64,000 bases of DNA. Source: Octopus sinensis. Lineage: Eukaryota. The notes under the pieces are model-generated. The model did no database searches. It saw nothing but the letters and a program-made list of their open reading frames with translations, and was not told where the DNA came from. The stretch covers positions 105,524,001 through 105,588,000 of the forward strand of contig NC_043003.1 in the NCBI RefSeq assembly GCF_006345805.1, in the 5' to 3' direction. Each line of letters starts with the position of its first letter. Position 1 is the stretch's first letter. This document shows, piece after piece, positions 51,814-64,000 of the stretch. The translations under genes and the position numbers were made by a program.

Positions 51814-53011
51814 TATTGGGTCATCCCATAAATGATAGTTTTTTCATACCTTTTTTATTTTTCAAAGTTAAGATAAAGTTCTTTTTTATTCTAAAATATA
51901 CTCTCCTTCATTTTCTGCAATGCTCTTCCATCTATCTGGTAGACTTCCAAAATTCACTTGTCTGTGACGAAAAATACTCCTTCAGTTCTGTTCTGACCTC
52001 ATCTACAGAATTCGTATCTTTACCACCCAAATGATTTTGAAAACTGTGGAATAAATGATAATCAGATGGGGCAATGTCCTGCAAATATGGTGGGTGGAGC
52101 ATGGTTTCCCGTTCAAACTGCTCCAGCCTTTGGAATGTCATCCTTGCTGAATGTGGCCAACCATTATCCTGATGGAAGAACACCTTTTGTCTTGAATCCA
52201 AAGATGGTCACTTTTCTTCTAGTGCTCAAGCTGCTCACAGTTGATCTCCTTTGTTATCGTTTGGTTTGGATTTAAAAGTTCAAAGTGGACTAGACCTTTC
52301 GTATCCCATCAAACAGATCACAACACCTGATATGCTTGACATTTTTATAGAGAACCCATTTCTTGCCACCAGTCACTATTTGGTCCAAAAAAGGTTCAGT
52401 CATGAGACATAACAACAAAGAAGAGCACACATTCACTCTCTGCATGCGATTAGACTCAGAAAGTTTGTGAGGAACCCATTGACCCAATTTGCTGACTTAT
52501 CCGATGGCACACAGATGTTGATGAATGGTTGAATAACCAAAACCAAGCTTCTCTTGCTGGTCCCTCAACAGTTATGATGGGATTTTGTTCCACCAGGATT
52601 TGCAGGATGTTCTTGTCAAGCTCTACAGATCTTCCAGGTCGAGGCTCATCTTCAAGGCTGTATTTTCCAGCTCGCAATTTCTGGAACCCCCATTGACACT
52701 GGCTTACGCTTATTGTCTCCGATCCCCACATACTGCATTAATATTCCTCACACTTTCCGTTTCGCTGTTGCCTTTATTGAACTCATAAAGCAAAATATGC
52801 CGAATACGCTCCTTTCTCACTCCCAATATAGCTTTGAAAAAATAATTGTAAAAATCAAATTGCACTCTTCAAAACTTGCACTAAGAATAAGGATAACATA
52901 AAATTGTTACCTGCTTTTATAGCAAGTTTTTGCAGGTAGTTTATCCTGTCCCCTTCCGACTTTTAGTTGCTGCAATTGAAAAAACTGCATTATTTATCGG
53001 ATGACCCAATA
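51814..53011 (-). mobile_element. Decayed near-full-length mariner (DD34D) transposon
   Basis: TA-flanked TIRs tattgggtcatcc.ataaat. Fragments: HILLYEFNKG, SLEDEPRPGR, WVPHKL, IVTGGKKW, HQDNGWPH and HPPYLQDIAPSDYHLF, with 34 residues between the last two catalytic Asp. Frameshifted; first Asp lost. Confidence 0.95.
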
Positions 53012-53049
53012 TAAAAAAAAAAAACCCCAATGATTTGAAATTACCATAA

Positions 53050-53425
53050 AGGCACAGGTGTGGTTGTGTGGCAAGAAGCTTTCTTCCCAACCACATGGTT
53101 CTGGGTTCAGTCCCACTGCGTGGCACCTTGGGCAAGTGTCTTCTACTATAGCTTCGGGCCAACCAAAGCCTTGTGAGTGGATCTGGTAGACGGAAACTGA
53201 AAGAAGCCCGTCGTATATATGTATGTATTATTCCCCATTGCTGCTTGACAACTGGTGTTGGTTTGTTTATATCCTCATAACTTAACAGTTCAGCAAAAGC
53301 GACCAAGAGAATAAGTTCCAGGTTTAAAAAGCAATAAATACGGTGGGCGATTCATTTGACTAAAAATTCATCAAGGTGGTGCCCCAGCATGGCCGCAGTC
53401 TAATGACTGAAACAAGTAAAAGCAA
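53050..53425 (+). mobile_element. SINE family A, full length
   Basis: Head to tail, including ccccagcatggccgcagtctaatgactgaaacaagtaaaa. Confidence 0.9.
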
Positions 53426-53544
53426 TAAATGTTATACTTTTAAATGATATTGTTACGTTAACAATGCAACCCTGGACATTTTCTTTTCCACTGCATCCAT
53501 TGTGTCTCTTGAACAACCAGTTGTTAAGCTGTAGTGGAGTATAC

Positions 53545-53664
53545 AGTGTGTATATATACACTATGTATAATAGTGCATAGAATTAGTGTGTATATATACA
53601 CTATGTATAATAGTGCATAGAATTAGTGTGTATATATACACTATGTATAATAGTGCATAGAATT
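53545..53664. repeat. Perfect 3 x 40-bp tandem repeat
   Basis: Unit agtgtgtatatatacactatgtataatagtgcatagaatt. Confidence 0.97.
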
Positions 53665-54570
53665 GATTAAAGGTGACACATCGCTTTTAAAATGAAAAAG
53701 TGAACAAACAGGTTTACACAAAGAGAGACAAACAGACAGACTCTGAAAAAGATGAAAGACCATTGTGATATTAAACATTATGATGTTGAACCTGTTTGTG
53801 AGTGTATATACTAATTACAATATACATACATATATATATCTATAAGTGTGGCTGTGTGGGAAGAAGCTTACTTCCCAACCACAAGGTTCTGGGTTCAGTC
53901 CCACTGTGTGGTACTTTGGTCAAGTGTCTTCTACTATAGCCTCGAGCCGACCAAAGCCTTGACAGTGAATTTGGCAGACAGAAACTAAAAGAAGCCCCTC
54001 GTAATATATATATATATATATATATATATACTCACCCCCCCCCACATACACACACACACACACACATGTATGTATATATATATATATATATATATGCATG
54101 TATATGTATATATTTATGTGTGTGTTTGTGTTGGTCCTCCCACCATTGCTTAGCAACCGATTCCATTGTGTTTGTTTCCATAACCTAATGGTTCAGCAAA
54201 AGGGACCAATAGAATCAGAACTAGGCTTACAAAGAATAAGTCCTCGGGTTAATTTTTTTCAACTAAAAAATCCTTTTAAGGCTGTGCTCCAGCATGGCCA
54301 CAGTCAAATGCTTGAAATAAAAGAATATATATTATATATAGGTGCAGGTTGTGTGGTAAGAAGCTTGCTTCCCAACCACATGGTTCTGGGTTCAGTCCCA
54401 CTGTATGGCACACTCAGCAAGTGTCTTCTACTATAGCTTCAGGCTGGCAAAACTGGAACAACGTGAAATAAAGTGTCTCGCTCAAGAACACAACCACACA
54501 GCCAGGTCCAGGAACTGAACTCATACCCTCACAGTAGTAAGCTCGACGCTCGAACCACTGTGCCATGCTC

Positions 54571-54595
54571 ATATATATATTATATATATATATAT

Positions 54596-54650
<55 letters not shown>

Positions 54651-55245
54651 ATACTATATATATATATATATATAATATATTATATATATATTACACATAC
54701 ATACACACACTATATATATATATACCTACACACCACACACACAATATACATATATACACACACACACACAATATACATAATATAGATACACACACATATA
54801 TATATATATACACACCCACACATAATATATATACACACATATATATACACACACACACAATATATATATATACATACACATATATATATATACACACACA
54901 CACATATATATATATACACACCACACATATATTATATACCCACACACATATATATTATATATCACACCCATATATATTCATACATAACCTATATATATAT
55001 ACACACACACACACATATATATATATACACACACATATATATATATATATACACACACACACCACATATATATATATATATATATACCACACATATATAT
55101 ATATATATACACACCATATATATATATATACACACACACAATATATATATATATATACACACACATATATATCTACATATCTATATATATATATATATAT
55201 CCACAACATATATATATATACAACCACACATATATAGATATATAT

Positions 55246-55276
<31 letters not shown>

Positions 55277-55470
55277 CACCACATATATATATACATACTA
55301 TATATATATATATATACACACACATATTATATATTATTACACACACATATATATATATATATACACAACGCATATATATATATATATACACACACCATAT
55401 ATATATATATATACACACCACATATATATATATATATACACGCATATATATATATATATATACATATATT
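54571..55470. repeat. Irregular (TA)n/(CA)n compound microsatellite
   Basis: Direct reading; produces the 254-aa pseudo-ORF. Confidence 0.97.
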
Positions 55471-55475
55471 CAAAA

Positions 55476-56713
55476 CAAATCAAAATATGAACATCAATGG
55501 AATCTGTATCTTTGTGGTACCAGTGCCGGTGGCACACACTTTGTGGTACCATGCCCGGTGGCAACACAGAGAACCATCCGAACGTGGCCGTAGCCAGTTT
55601 CCGCATCGACCGCCCTCCGTGCTGTGGGCACGTAACAACACACATCCGATCATGGCCGTTCGCCAGCCTCATCTGGCACCTGTGTCGGTGGCACTAAAAA
55701 CACCTCGAAGACCCGGCAAGACTAGTCAGTCCACCTGTGGCATACCTTCCTTCTTGTGACACTTGAAGACCGGTTTGAGGCAAGTGAAAATCAAATCAAA
55801 TCAAAATAGACAATTAGATGAACATCAATGGAATTTGTATCTTGTGGTACCAGTGCCTGTGGTACCAGTGCCTGTGGACACACAAGAAATCCATCAGTGC
55901 CGTAGTCATGCTGTGGGCACAGACACACACCATCCGATCGTGCCGTTCTCCAGCCTCATCAGCCCTGTGTCGGTGGCACATAAAACACCACCCGAAGACC
56001 CGCAAGACTAGTCAAGCCATAACCCATGCCCCTACCTGGGACGTAGTCAGTCCACCCGTGCATACCTTCCTTCTTGTGACACTTGTGAAGACCTGTTGAG
56101 AAGTGAAAATCAAAACAAATCAAAATAGATGAACATCAATGGAATTTGTATCTTCTGTGGAACATAAGAAAACCATCCGAACGTGGCCGTAGCCAGTACC
56201 TAGCATCGACTGGCCTCCGTGCTGTGGGCACGTAACAAGCACCATCCGATCGTGGCCGTTTGCCAGCCTCAATCTGGCACTGTTGTCGGTGGCATAAAAA
56301 CCCATCCGAGCGTGGCGTCTGCCAGCCTCAGTTCTGGCACCTGTGTCGGTGGCACATAAAAACACCATCCGAGCGTGGCCGTCTGCCAGCCTCGTCTGCA
56401 CCTGTGTCGGTGGCACATAAAAAACACCATCCGAGCGTGGCCGTCTGCCAGCCTCGTCTGGCACTGTGTCGGTGGCACATAAAAAACACCATCTGAGCGT
56501 GGCCGTTTGCCAGCCTCGTCTGGCACCTGTGTCGGTGGCACATAATATCACCCACTACACTCTCGGAGTGGTTGGCGTTAGGAAGGGCATCCAGCTGTAG
56601 AAAAACACTGCCAGATCTGACTGGACTGGTGCAGCTTTTCGGGCTCCCCAGACCCCCGTTGAACCCGTCCACCCATGCTAGCATGGAAAGCGGACGTTAA
56701 ATGATGATGATGA
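55476..56713 (+). mobile_element. Family E retroposon with internal tandem expansions
   Basis: ~320-bp units start near 55476, 55797 and 56116. About five ~60-bp units (gtcggtggcacataaaaacaccatccgagcgtggccgt...) follow, then the family tail and (GAT)n. Confidence 0.8.
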
Positions 56714-56989
56714 TATACACACATATATATATTAATATACCACACATATATATATATATATACATATATATATACATATATATATATATACACACACATA
56801 TATATATACATATATACATACACACACACACGTATATATATTATATGCAAACAATAATCTATTCATGCTAAATCCTTCAGGTTCCCACTCTGCTGTTTTG
56901 TAGTACATTCAACAGATCGACAGATCGCACTCTGTGTGTGTGTGTGTGTGTGTGTCTTTATCGGTGTGTGTGTTCATATGTGTGTGCTC

Positions 56990-57278
56990 TGCGTGTGTTT
57001 CTCTTTTTATCTTTCCACTCTGTCACACTTTCTTTCCTTTTTCACACACTCCCTCCCCCATCCCCCATGTTTTTTTCCTTCTTTTGTCTCCTCCATTTCT
57101 CCTCCCCCCTCTCCTTTTCTTCTTTGTACTTTCTCTTTCTCGGTGCAGGTTCACTTTCCCCCCTCCCCCACCGCCACCTTGTTTGCATGCTCCTTTCTCT
57201 CACCTGACTTCTCTCCTCTTTCATGCAGGTTTCTTCTCTCCCTTGCATGCTCCTTCCCTCTCTCTCTCTTCTTTCTCT

Positions 57279-57310
<32 letters not shown>

Positions 57311-57680
57311 TCTCTCTCTTGCATCAGTTTTCTCCCTTGCATGCTCTTTCCCTCTCTCTCTCTCTCTCTCTCTTGAACCATTGCTGTCTCACTCTGATCG
57401 ACCTCCTCACTCATACTTCCTCTCGCTTCTTGTCTTCATTCTCTCTCTCTCCCCATAATTTTCTCTCTCTCTCCCATAGTTCTCTCCCTCTCTTCCATAG
57501 TTTTCTCTCTCTCTCTCTCTCTCTCTCTCCCATAATTTTCTCTCTCTCTCCCATAATTTTCTCTCTCTCTCTCTCCCATAATTTTCTCTCTCTCTCTCTC
57601 CCATAATTTTCTCTCTCTCTCTCTCCCATAATTTTCTCTCTCTCTCCCATAGTTTTCTCTCTCTCTCTCTCTCTTTCTCA
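56990..57680. repeat. Pyrimidine-rich low-complexity tract with (CT)n-cccataatttt units
   Basis: Direct reading. Confidence 0.93.
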
Positions 57681-57763
57681 CTTGTACCTAATATGTAATC
57701 AATATTGATGCTTATTATCCATTAAACACAGCTATTGATTCAGTTTATCACAAACTCCCTCCC

Positions 57764-57797
<34 letters not shown>

Positions 57798-58471
57798 GTC
57801 TACCTGTGTGTGTATAAAATGTATTATTTATTACCTATGAAGGTGCGTAAGTGGCTCAAGAGTCTATGGCTTCATACCTACCATACTGCATGCCAAAATA
57901 TACAAGAATAAAACAATATGGATGTTTAATGTATGCGCGTGTGTGTGTGCGTATCTATGTATGTAGATATATGTGTGTGTGTGTGTGTGTATATAATCAT
58001 TTAACGTCCATTTTACATGCTGGCATGAGTTGGGCCTCTCTCACTCTCTCTCTCTCTCTCTCTCTCCCTCTCTTTCAGGAGTGGCTGTGTGGTAAGTAGC
58101 TTGCTTACGAACCACATGGTTCCAGGTTCAGTCCCACTGCTTGCCACCTTGGGCAAGTGTCATCTACTATAGCCCCTGTCCAACCAAAGCCTTATGAGTG
58201 GATTTGGTAGATGGAAACTGAAAGAAGCCTGTTGTATATATATATATATATATGTGTGTGTATATGTTTGTGTGTCTGTGTTTGTCCCCCTGCCATCATT
58301 TGACAACTGATGCTGGTGTGTCACTTACCAGTTTGGCAAGCGGGACCGATAGAATAAGTACTAGGCTTACAAAGAATAAGTCCTGGGGTCGATTTACTCA
58401 ACTAAAGGCAGTGCCCCAGCATGGCCGCAGTCAAATGACTGAAACAAACAGAAGAATATATATGTGTGTAC

Positions 58472-58515
<44 letters not shown>

Positions 58516-58768
58516 TATATATATATAAACATAATTAAAGGATAAAATCATTAAAATTAATGAATTAGTGGCCAGCATATTAAAAAACATCTTTTAGGTA
58601 AAATTCATATTTAGAGATATATAATAATATAGAATTCAATTATAATGAAGAGCACAGAAGCCACCGTGCCTGTATGCTAGAAAGAGATGCCAAATACATC
58701 CAGCCATTACAAAATTCACTTCAATATACACAGGTTGAAAGCGGCAAAAGTGGACAAACCAAAAATTC

Positions 58769-58808
<40 letters not shown>

Positions 58809-59363
58809 CATCATCGTTTAACATCTGTTTTCCATGCTGGCATGGATGGCTTGACTGAGGTCTGGAAAAGCCAGCAGCTGCACCAGGCTTTAATCTGATC
58901 TGGCAATGTTTCTACAGCTGGATGCTCTTCCTAATCCCAACCACACACACAATATATAAATGCTTTTGGTGCGAATGGTTTTGTTATACGGTGCCGTATT
59001 TTACAATCCTGTTGTGTTCTTTAGCAAAACACTTAATTTCATGTTGTTCTGGCATCATTTCGACATTTTCCATGTGGCACACATGGTGCAACAGTGCAGG
59101 CAATGTTGATCTGATGGAAGAAGTGAGCTTATGGGAACACAAACATTTGATCTTTATAAAAAAATCATCTGTAAGTGTAAAAAAATTGTGGAACCCTCAG
59201 CCATTGTCTAATGATGGGAGAGTCCAAAGCTTGCTTCCCAACCATAGGGTTCAGGGTTCAGTCCCATTGTGTGACACCTTGGACAAGTGTCTTCTATTAT
59301 AGCCTCAGACAGGTCAAAGCCTTATGAATGGATTTGTTAGTTGGAAACTGAAAGAAGCCCGTC

Positions 59364-59395
<32 letters not shown>

Positions 59396-59503
59396 CTATT
59401 TGTGTCTGTTCTTCTCACCATTACTGTTTGACAACTGGTGTTGGTGTGTTTACATCCCTGCAACTTAGCGGTTCGACAAAAGAGACCATGAGAATATGAA
59501 GTA

Positions 59504-59756
59504 CTAATGCCTGCATATACAGCTGCGTGCGTGCACACATACACGTGAGTACTGTCCAAATCTCCGACCAATCACATACAGCTATTGATTTTTTAATGGC
59601 TTTGCTGGGTGACTGGGGAAATGTAAAGATGTGCATGACCACCCTTGGATGGTTTTGAATTACCATAGAAAGTGCGAACCCTCTAACTGAAAAATTGTGG
59701 ATTTGTATAAAGGATACACACACAGACAGACATTTTGCTGTTTATATATAGAGAGA
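59504..59756 (-). mobile_element. Short Helitron-type element nested in a family A SINE
   Basis: Same end structure as 1862-2255 (acagacagaca...ttatatatagagaga). It splits the SINE between aagta and aggct. Confidence 0.55.
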
Positions 59757-60002
59757 TGAGGCTTTAAAAAAAAACGTCCTGGAGTTGATTTGTTTGACTA
59801 AGTTAAAAAAAAAAAAGAAATATCTATGAATGATTTTGTTCTATGGATCCATAAGAATCATGTCACATCAACTTGTAGGATGCCAGAAATGGCTAGGCAT
59901 GATAACATAGAGCTGACAGTGAAGTAGACAACATTGAATACATCAAGTGTTGGTAGGATATTGTAGACAGGCAAGCATCAGATCCAATTTCAACCACAGA
60001 TC

Positions 60003-60408
60003 TTATTTCTTTATTGCCCACAAGGGGCTAAACATAGAGGGGACAAACAAGGACAGACAAACGGATTAAGTCGATTACATTGACCCCAGTGTGTAACTGG
60101 TACTTAATTTATTGACCCCGAAAGGATGAAAGGCAAAGTCGACCTTGGCGGAATTTGAACTTAGAATGTAGTGGCAAATGAAATACCTATTTCTTTACTG
60201 CCCACAAGGGGCTAAACACAGAGGGGACAAACAAGGACAAACAAACGGATTAAGTCGATTATATCGACCTCAGTGTGTAACTGGTATTTAATTTATCGAC
60301 CTCAAAAGGATGAAAGGCAAAGTCGACCTTGGCGGAATTTGAACTCAGAACGTAACGGCAGATGAAATACGGCTACACATTTCGCCTGGCGTGCTAACGT
60401 TTCTGCCA
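60003..60408 (-). mobile_element. SINE family B tandem dimer
   Basis: Same dimer architecture as 6059-6474. Confidence 0.85.
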
Positions 60409-61724
60409 GATCTGTCTCAGGGGTGGGTCTTTTGTGTTGCATAGGTATAAAAACGCCATTATTTTTACTTTGCACACACATACACACATACATTAATAGA
60501 CCTGAAAGTTTCATGCTATGCATCATCCAACTCTGCGTTTTCGTACCATTTCTGCTGATTAGAATGTGTGTATGGAAACAGAAAACCAAAATTAAGATCA
60601 TGTGTGTATTAATGTTTGTTTTTATGTAGAAGGATATATGAAGAGTCAAACATTAATTGAAGTACCTCTTAATAAATTTTTAAGTGTATTGCAAGGGGAA
60701 TGTCACATTTATGCAAGGAAAAGGTTGACAGTAACTTCAAAGTTTTCCTGGTTGTTGGCTTTGTCAAACTAAAAAGTTTGATGGTTTATTTTTTTCCAAT
60801 TTTCATATACTTCATGTTGCTGTTGCAGTATGGTATCTGGTTTAAATGGTGTGTCTTTGACGCTAGAAAAAAAAGAAATTTTGTGGATTGTTTGAAAGAG
60901 TTAGCAGCATCAAAGAGATGATATAAAATCATCGTTATCATTATCATCATTTAATGTTTGTTTTCCATGCTAGCATGGGTTGGAATGGTTGACAGGAGCT
61001 GGCAAGCCAGAGGTTTGCACCAATCTCCAGTTGTCTGTTTTGGCCTGGATTCTGTGGTCGGATGCCTTTCCTAACACCAACCACTTCACAGAGTGTACTG
61101 GCTGCTTTATGTGTGGCACCAGCAGAGAGACCGTTGTGATGCGAGAGAGAGAGGTGGGGAGAGAGGTGAATAAGGAGAGGAAGGAGCTTGCAGGAGGGTA
61201 GAGTGATGCAAGATAGAGAAAATACATATGAATATGCTGAAGCAAAGTTTTTCAGTAGATGTTTCTAGGAAGGAGATGGGAAGAAAGATGTCGATTAGGA
61301 AGGTGTGGAGAGGGGGAAGGTGGAGACAAAGTTTGTAGGATTTTGGAGAGAAGGATGGAGAAGGCTGGAAAAAACTAGAACAAGTTCTAGTTTGCTTTGT
61401 TAGGTAGTTCTAAATGAGGTTGTATTTGGTGTAAGAAGTTAAGGATTTGTATTAATTAATTATTTGGAATCATTGAAGCATGTATGTAATGACAGGTGAA
61501 AGGGAAGTTAGATTTGTATGCAAGCACAGAATGAAAACTGGTTACCCTCTATGATTTGTGTTGTAAGGTCACCTCTAAACATTACCTTAAACTGAGAAGA
61601 GATTTATTTCTAAATTCAGGTCATTGGAAATAAAAAATGTTATTAGTATTAATGCCTTTTCATATCGTCAGTAGGGAATGTAATTATATTTGCGAGTATA
61701 ACTACAATATTTATATACAGACAT

Positions 61725-61888
61725 AGGTGAAGGAGTGGCTGGGTGTTAAGTAGCTTGCTTACCAACCACGTGGTTCTGGGTTCAGTCTCACTGCGTGGCA
61801 CCCTGCGCAAGTGTCTTCTGCTATAGCCCCGGGCTGACCAAAGCCATGTGAGTGGATTTAGTAGACAGAAACTGAGAGAAGCCCATCG

Positions 61889-61921
<33 letters not shown>

Positions 61922-62138
61922 CACACACACACATACATATGTATATGTTTGTCCCCCCCCCATCATCGTTTGCCAACCAATGTTGGTGTGTTTACATCCC
62001 CGTAACTTAGTGGTTTGGCAAAAGAGATTGATAGAATAAGTACTAGGCTTACAAAAAATAAGTCCTGGGGTCGATTTGTTTGATTAAAGGCGGTGCTCCA
62101 GCATGGCCACAGTCAAATGACTGAAACAAATAAAAGAA
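61725..62138 (+). mobile_element. SINE family A, full length
   Basis: Head through tail aaggcggtgctccagcatggccacagtcaaatgactgaaac. Confidence 0.9.
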
Positions 62139-62187
62139 TACATGGTGATCATGATCGTGGTAGTGACAGTGTGTATGTGTGTGTACG

Positions 62188-62270
<83 letters not shown>

Positions 62271-62509
62271 CTTTATCGCCCACAGGGAGCTAAACATAAA
62301 GGGAACAAACAAGGACAGACAAAGGGATTAAGTCGATTACATTGCCCCCAGTGTGTAACCAGTACTTATTTAATTGACCCCCAAAAGGATGAAAAGCAAA
62401 GTCGACCTCGGCAGAATTTGAACTCCGAACGTAACAGCTGCCAAAATCCTGCTAAGCATTTTGCCTGGTGTTCTAATGACTCTGCCAGCTCGCCGCCCTT
62501 ACATGTGTA

Positions 62510-62577
<68 letters not shown>

Positions 62578-62883
62578 CATCATCATCGTTTAACATCCAC
62601 TTTCCATGCTAGCATGGGTTGGACGGTTCGACCGGGGTCTGGGAATCCAGGAGGCTGCACCAGGCTCCAGTCTGATCTGGCAGTGTTTCTACAGCTGGAT
62701 GCCCTTCCTAACGCCAACCACTCCGTGAGTGTAGTGTGTGCTTTTTACGTGCCAGGGGAGTCTGGCATCGGCCACGATCGGTTGGTGCTTTTTACGTGCC
62801 ACCGGCACAGAAGCCAGTCAAGGCGGTGCTGGCATTGGCCACATTCGGATGGTGCTTTTTACGTGCCACCAGCACAGATATAT

Positions 62884-62928
<45 letters not shown>

Positions 62929-63062
62929 GCAGATGCAAAGTATGGTTCACAGGTGATCTAAACAATTAAGTATGTTAGGTCAGTGCTGTAATGGATTACT
63001 GGGGCTCCTAGGCTATAGCTGAGATGGTAGTTATGGACCCATTGCAGATTTCTGATGCAGTG

Positions 63063-63227
63063 GATACATAATTGTTAAAGAGGACATCAAATATTAAGGC
63101 AAGGCGAACATCTCAAGTCATACACAATATTATTACAGGAAGAAATTCTCTGTGTAACGATATTGTATATGACTGGAGATGTTTGCCTTGCCTTAATGTC
63201 TGTTGTCCTCTTTAGCAATTATCTATC
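63063..63227. repeat. Imperfect palindrome, ~75-bp arms, 15-nt spacer
   Basis: ataattgttaaagaggaca..attaaggcaaggcgaacatctc.agtcata.acaatat / atattgtatatgact.gagatgtttgccttgccttaat..tgtcctctttagcaattat. Confidence 0.9.
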
Positions 63228-64000
63228 TATCTATGTATATATCTATCTATCTATCTATTTATATAAATATTTATAAAATTTTGAATAGAAAGCAATTTTA
63301 ATAATGTAAACATCAGTTGCACACACATAAATCATGTGTGTCATTTCTATGCCAGTTTTCTGCTGAATAGCATCCCAGGATAACCCTGTACATAGGATAT
63401 TCAGTGTCCTTTAATATGCAGCAGCCTGTAGGGAGCTTTCCCCAGATGCTATTCTGCAGAGAATTGGCATAGAAACAAAACACATACACTATAAATGTGC
63501 AACCAATATTATCATCATCATCATCATCATCGTTTAACGTCTGTATCCCATGCTGGCATGGGTTAGGCGGTTTGACTGGGAACAGGCAAGCCAGGAGGCC
63601 GCACCAGGCTCCAATTTGATCTGGCAAGGTTTCTACAGCGAGATGCCCTTTCTAATGCCAACCACTCCAAGAGTGTAGTGAGTGCATTTTACAAGCTACT
63701 GGCAGGGGAGCCATTCAGGGCGAGGGGGCTGGCATCAAACATGTTTGGATGGTACTTTTTACATGCTACCTGTACGGGGAGCCAGTCAGGTGGCACTGGC
63801 AACGACCCATGCATGAATGGTGCTTATTGCATGCCACCAGCAAGGGAGCCAGTCAGGTGGCACTGGCATCAGCCACAACTACAATTTCCGTTTGATTTTG
63901 AATATATATAACAAATATACAAACTTATCCACGTATAACATCATCTTACATCTGCTTTTCATGTTGTCATGGGTTGGACAGATGAACAGTATCTGAAGGG

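Noticed and set aside
51814-53011. Active or domesticated mariner transposase
   Set aside because: Multiple frameshifts, an apparent internal deletion and a mutated first catalytic Asp.

Overview
AT-rich, repeat-dense eukaryotic DNA. The SINE families and microsatellite landscape look like an octopod cephalopod (Octopus); that assignment is from recall, not a search. No ORF in the supplied track is an intact gene: they are microsatellite read-through, SINE sequence or decayed transposon fragments. The best host-gene evidence is a 37-nt first coding exon at 11801-11837 (+; MKTLIGIIVLLT-, signal-peptide-like, CAG|GTGAGT donor) behind a CCAAT/GAGA promoter-like region. The rest of the window appears to be one very long intron, with a candidate 18-nt microexon at 49941-49958. 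Mobile DNA includes Penelope-like remnants (GIY-YIG fragment, several minimal hammerhead motifs) and a CR1-group LINE interrupted by a solo LTR and a Kolobok-type element. It also includes two RTE fragments, a decayed DD34D mariner, Merlin-, piggyBac- and Tc1-like MITEs, two Helitron-type elements and about five SINE-like families. Most worth checking: the hammerhead family, several long near-perfect inverted repeats (possible dsRNA/ADAR substrates), a LINE-SINE shared 3' tail, and a CpG step near 28-29 kb. I found no convincing new multi-gene system.
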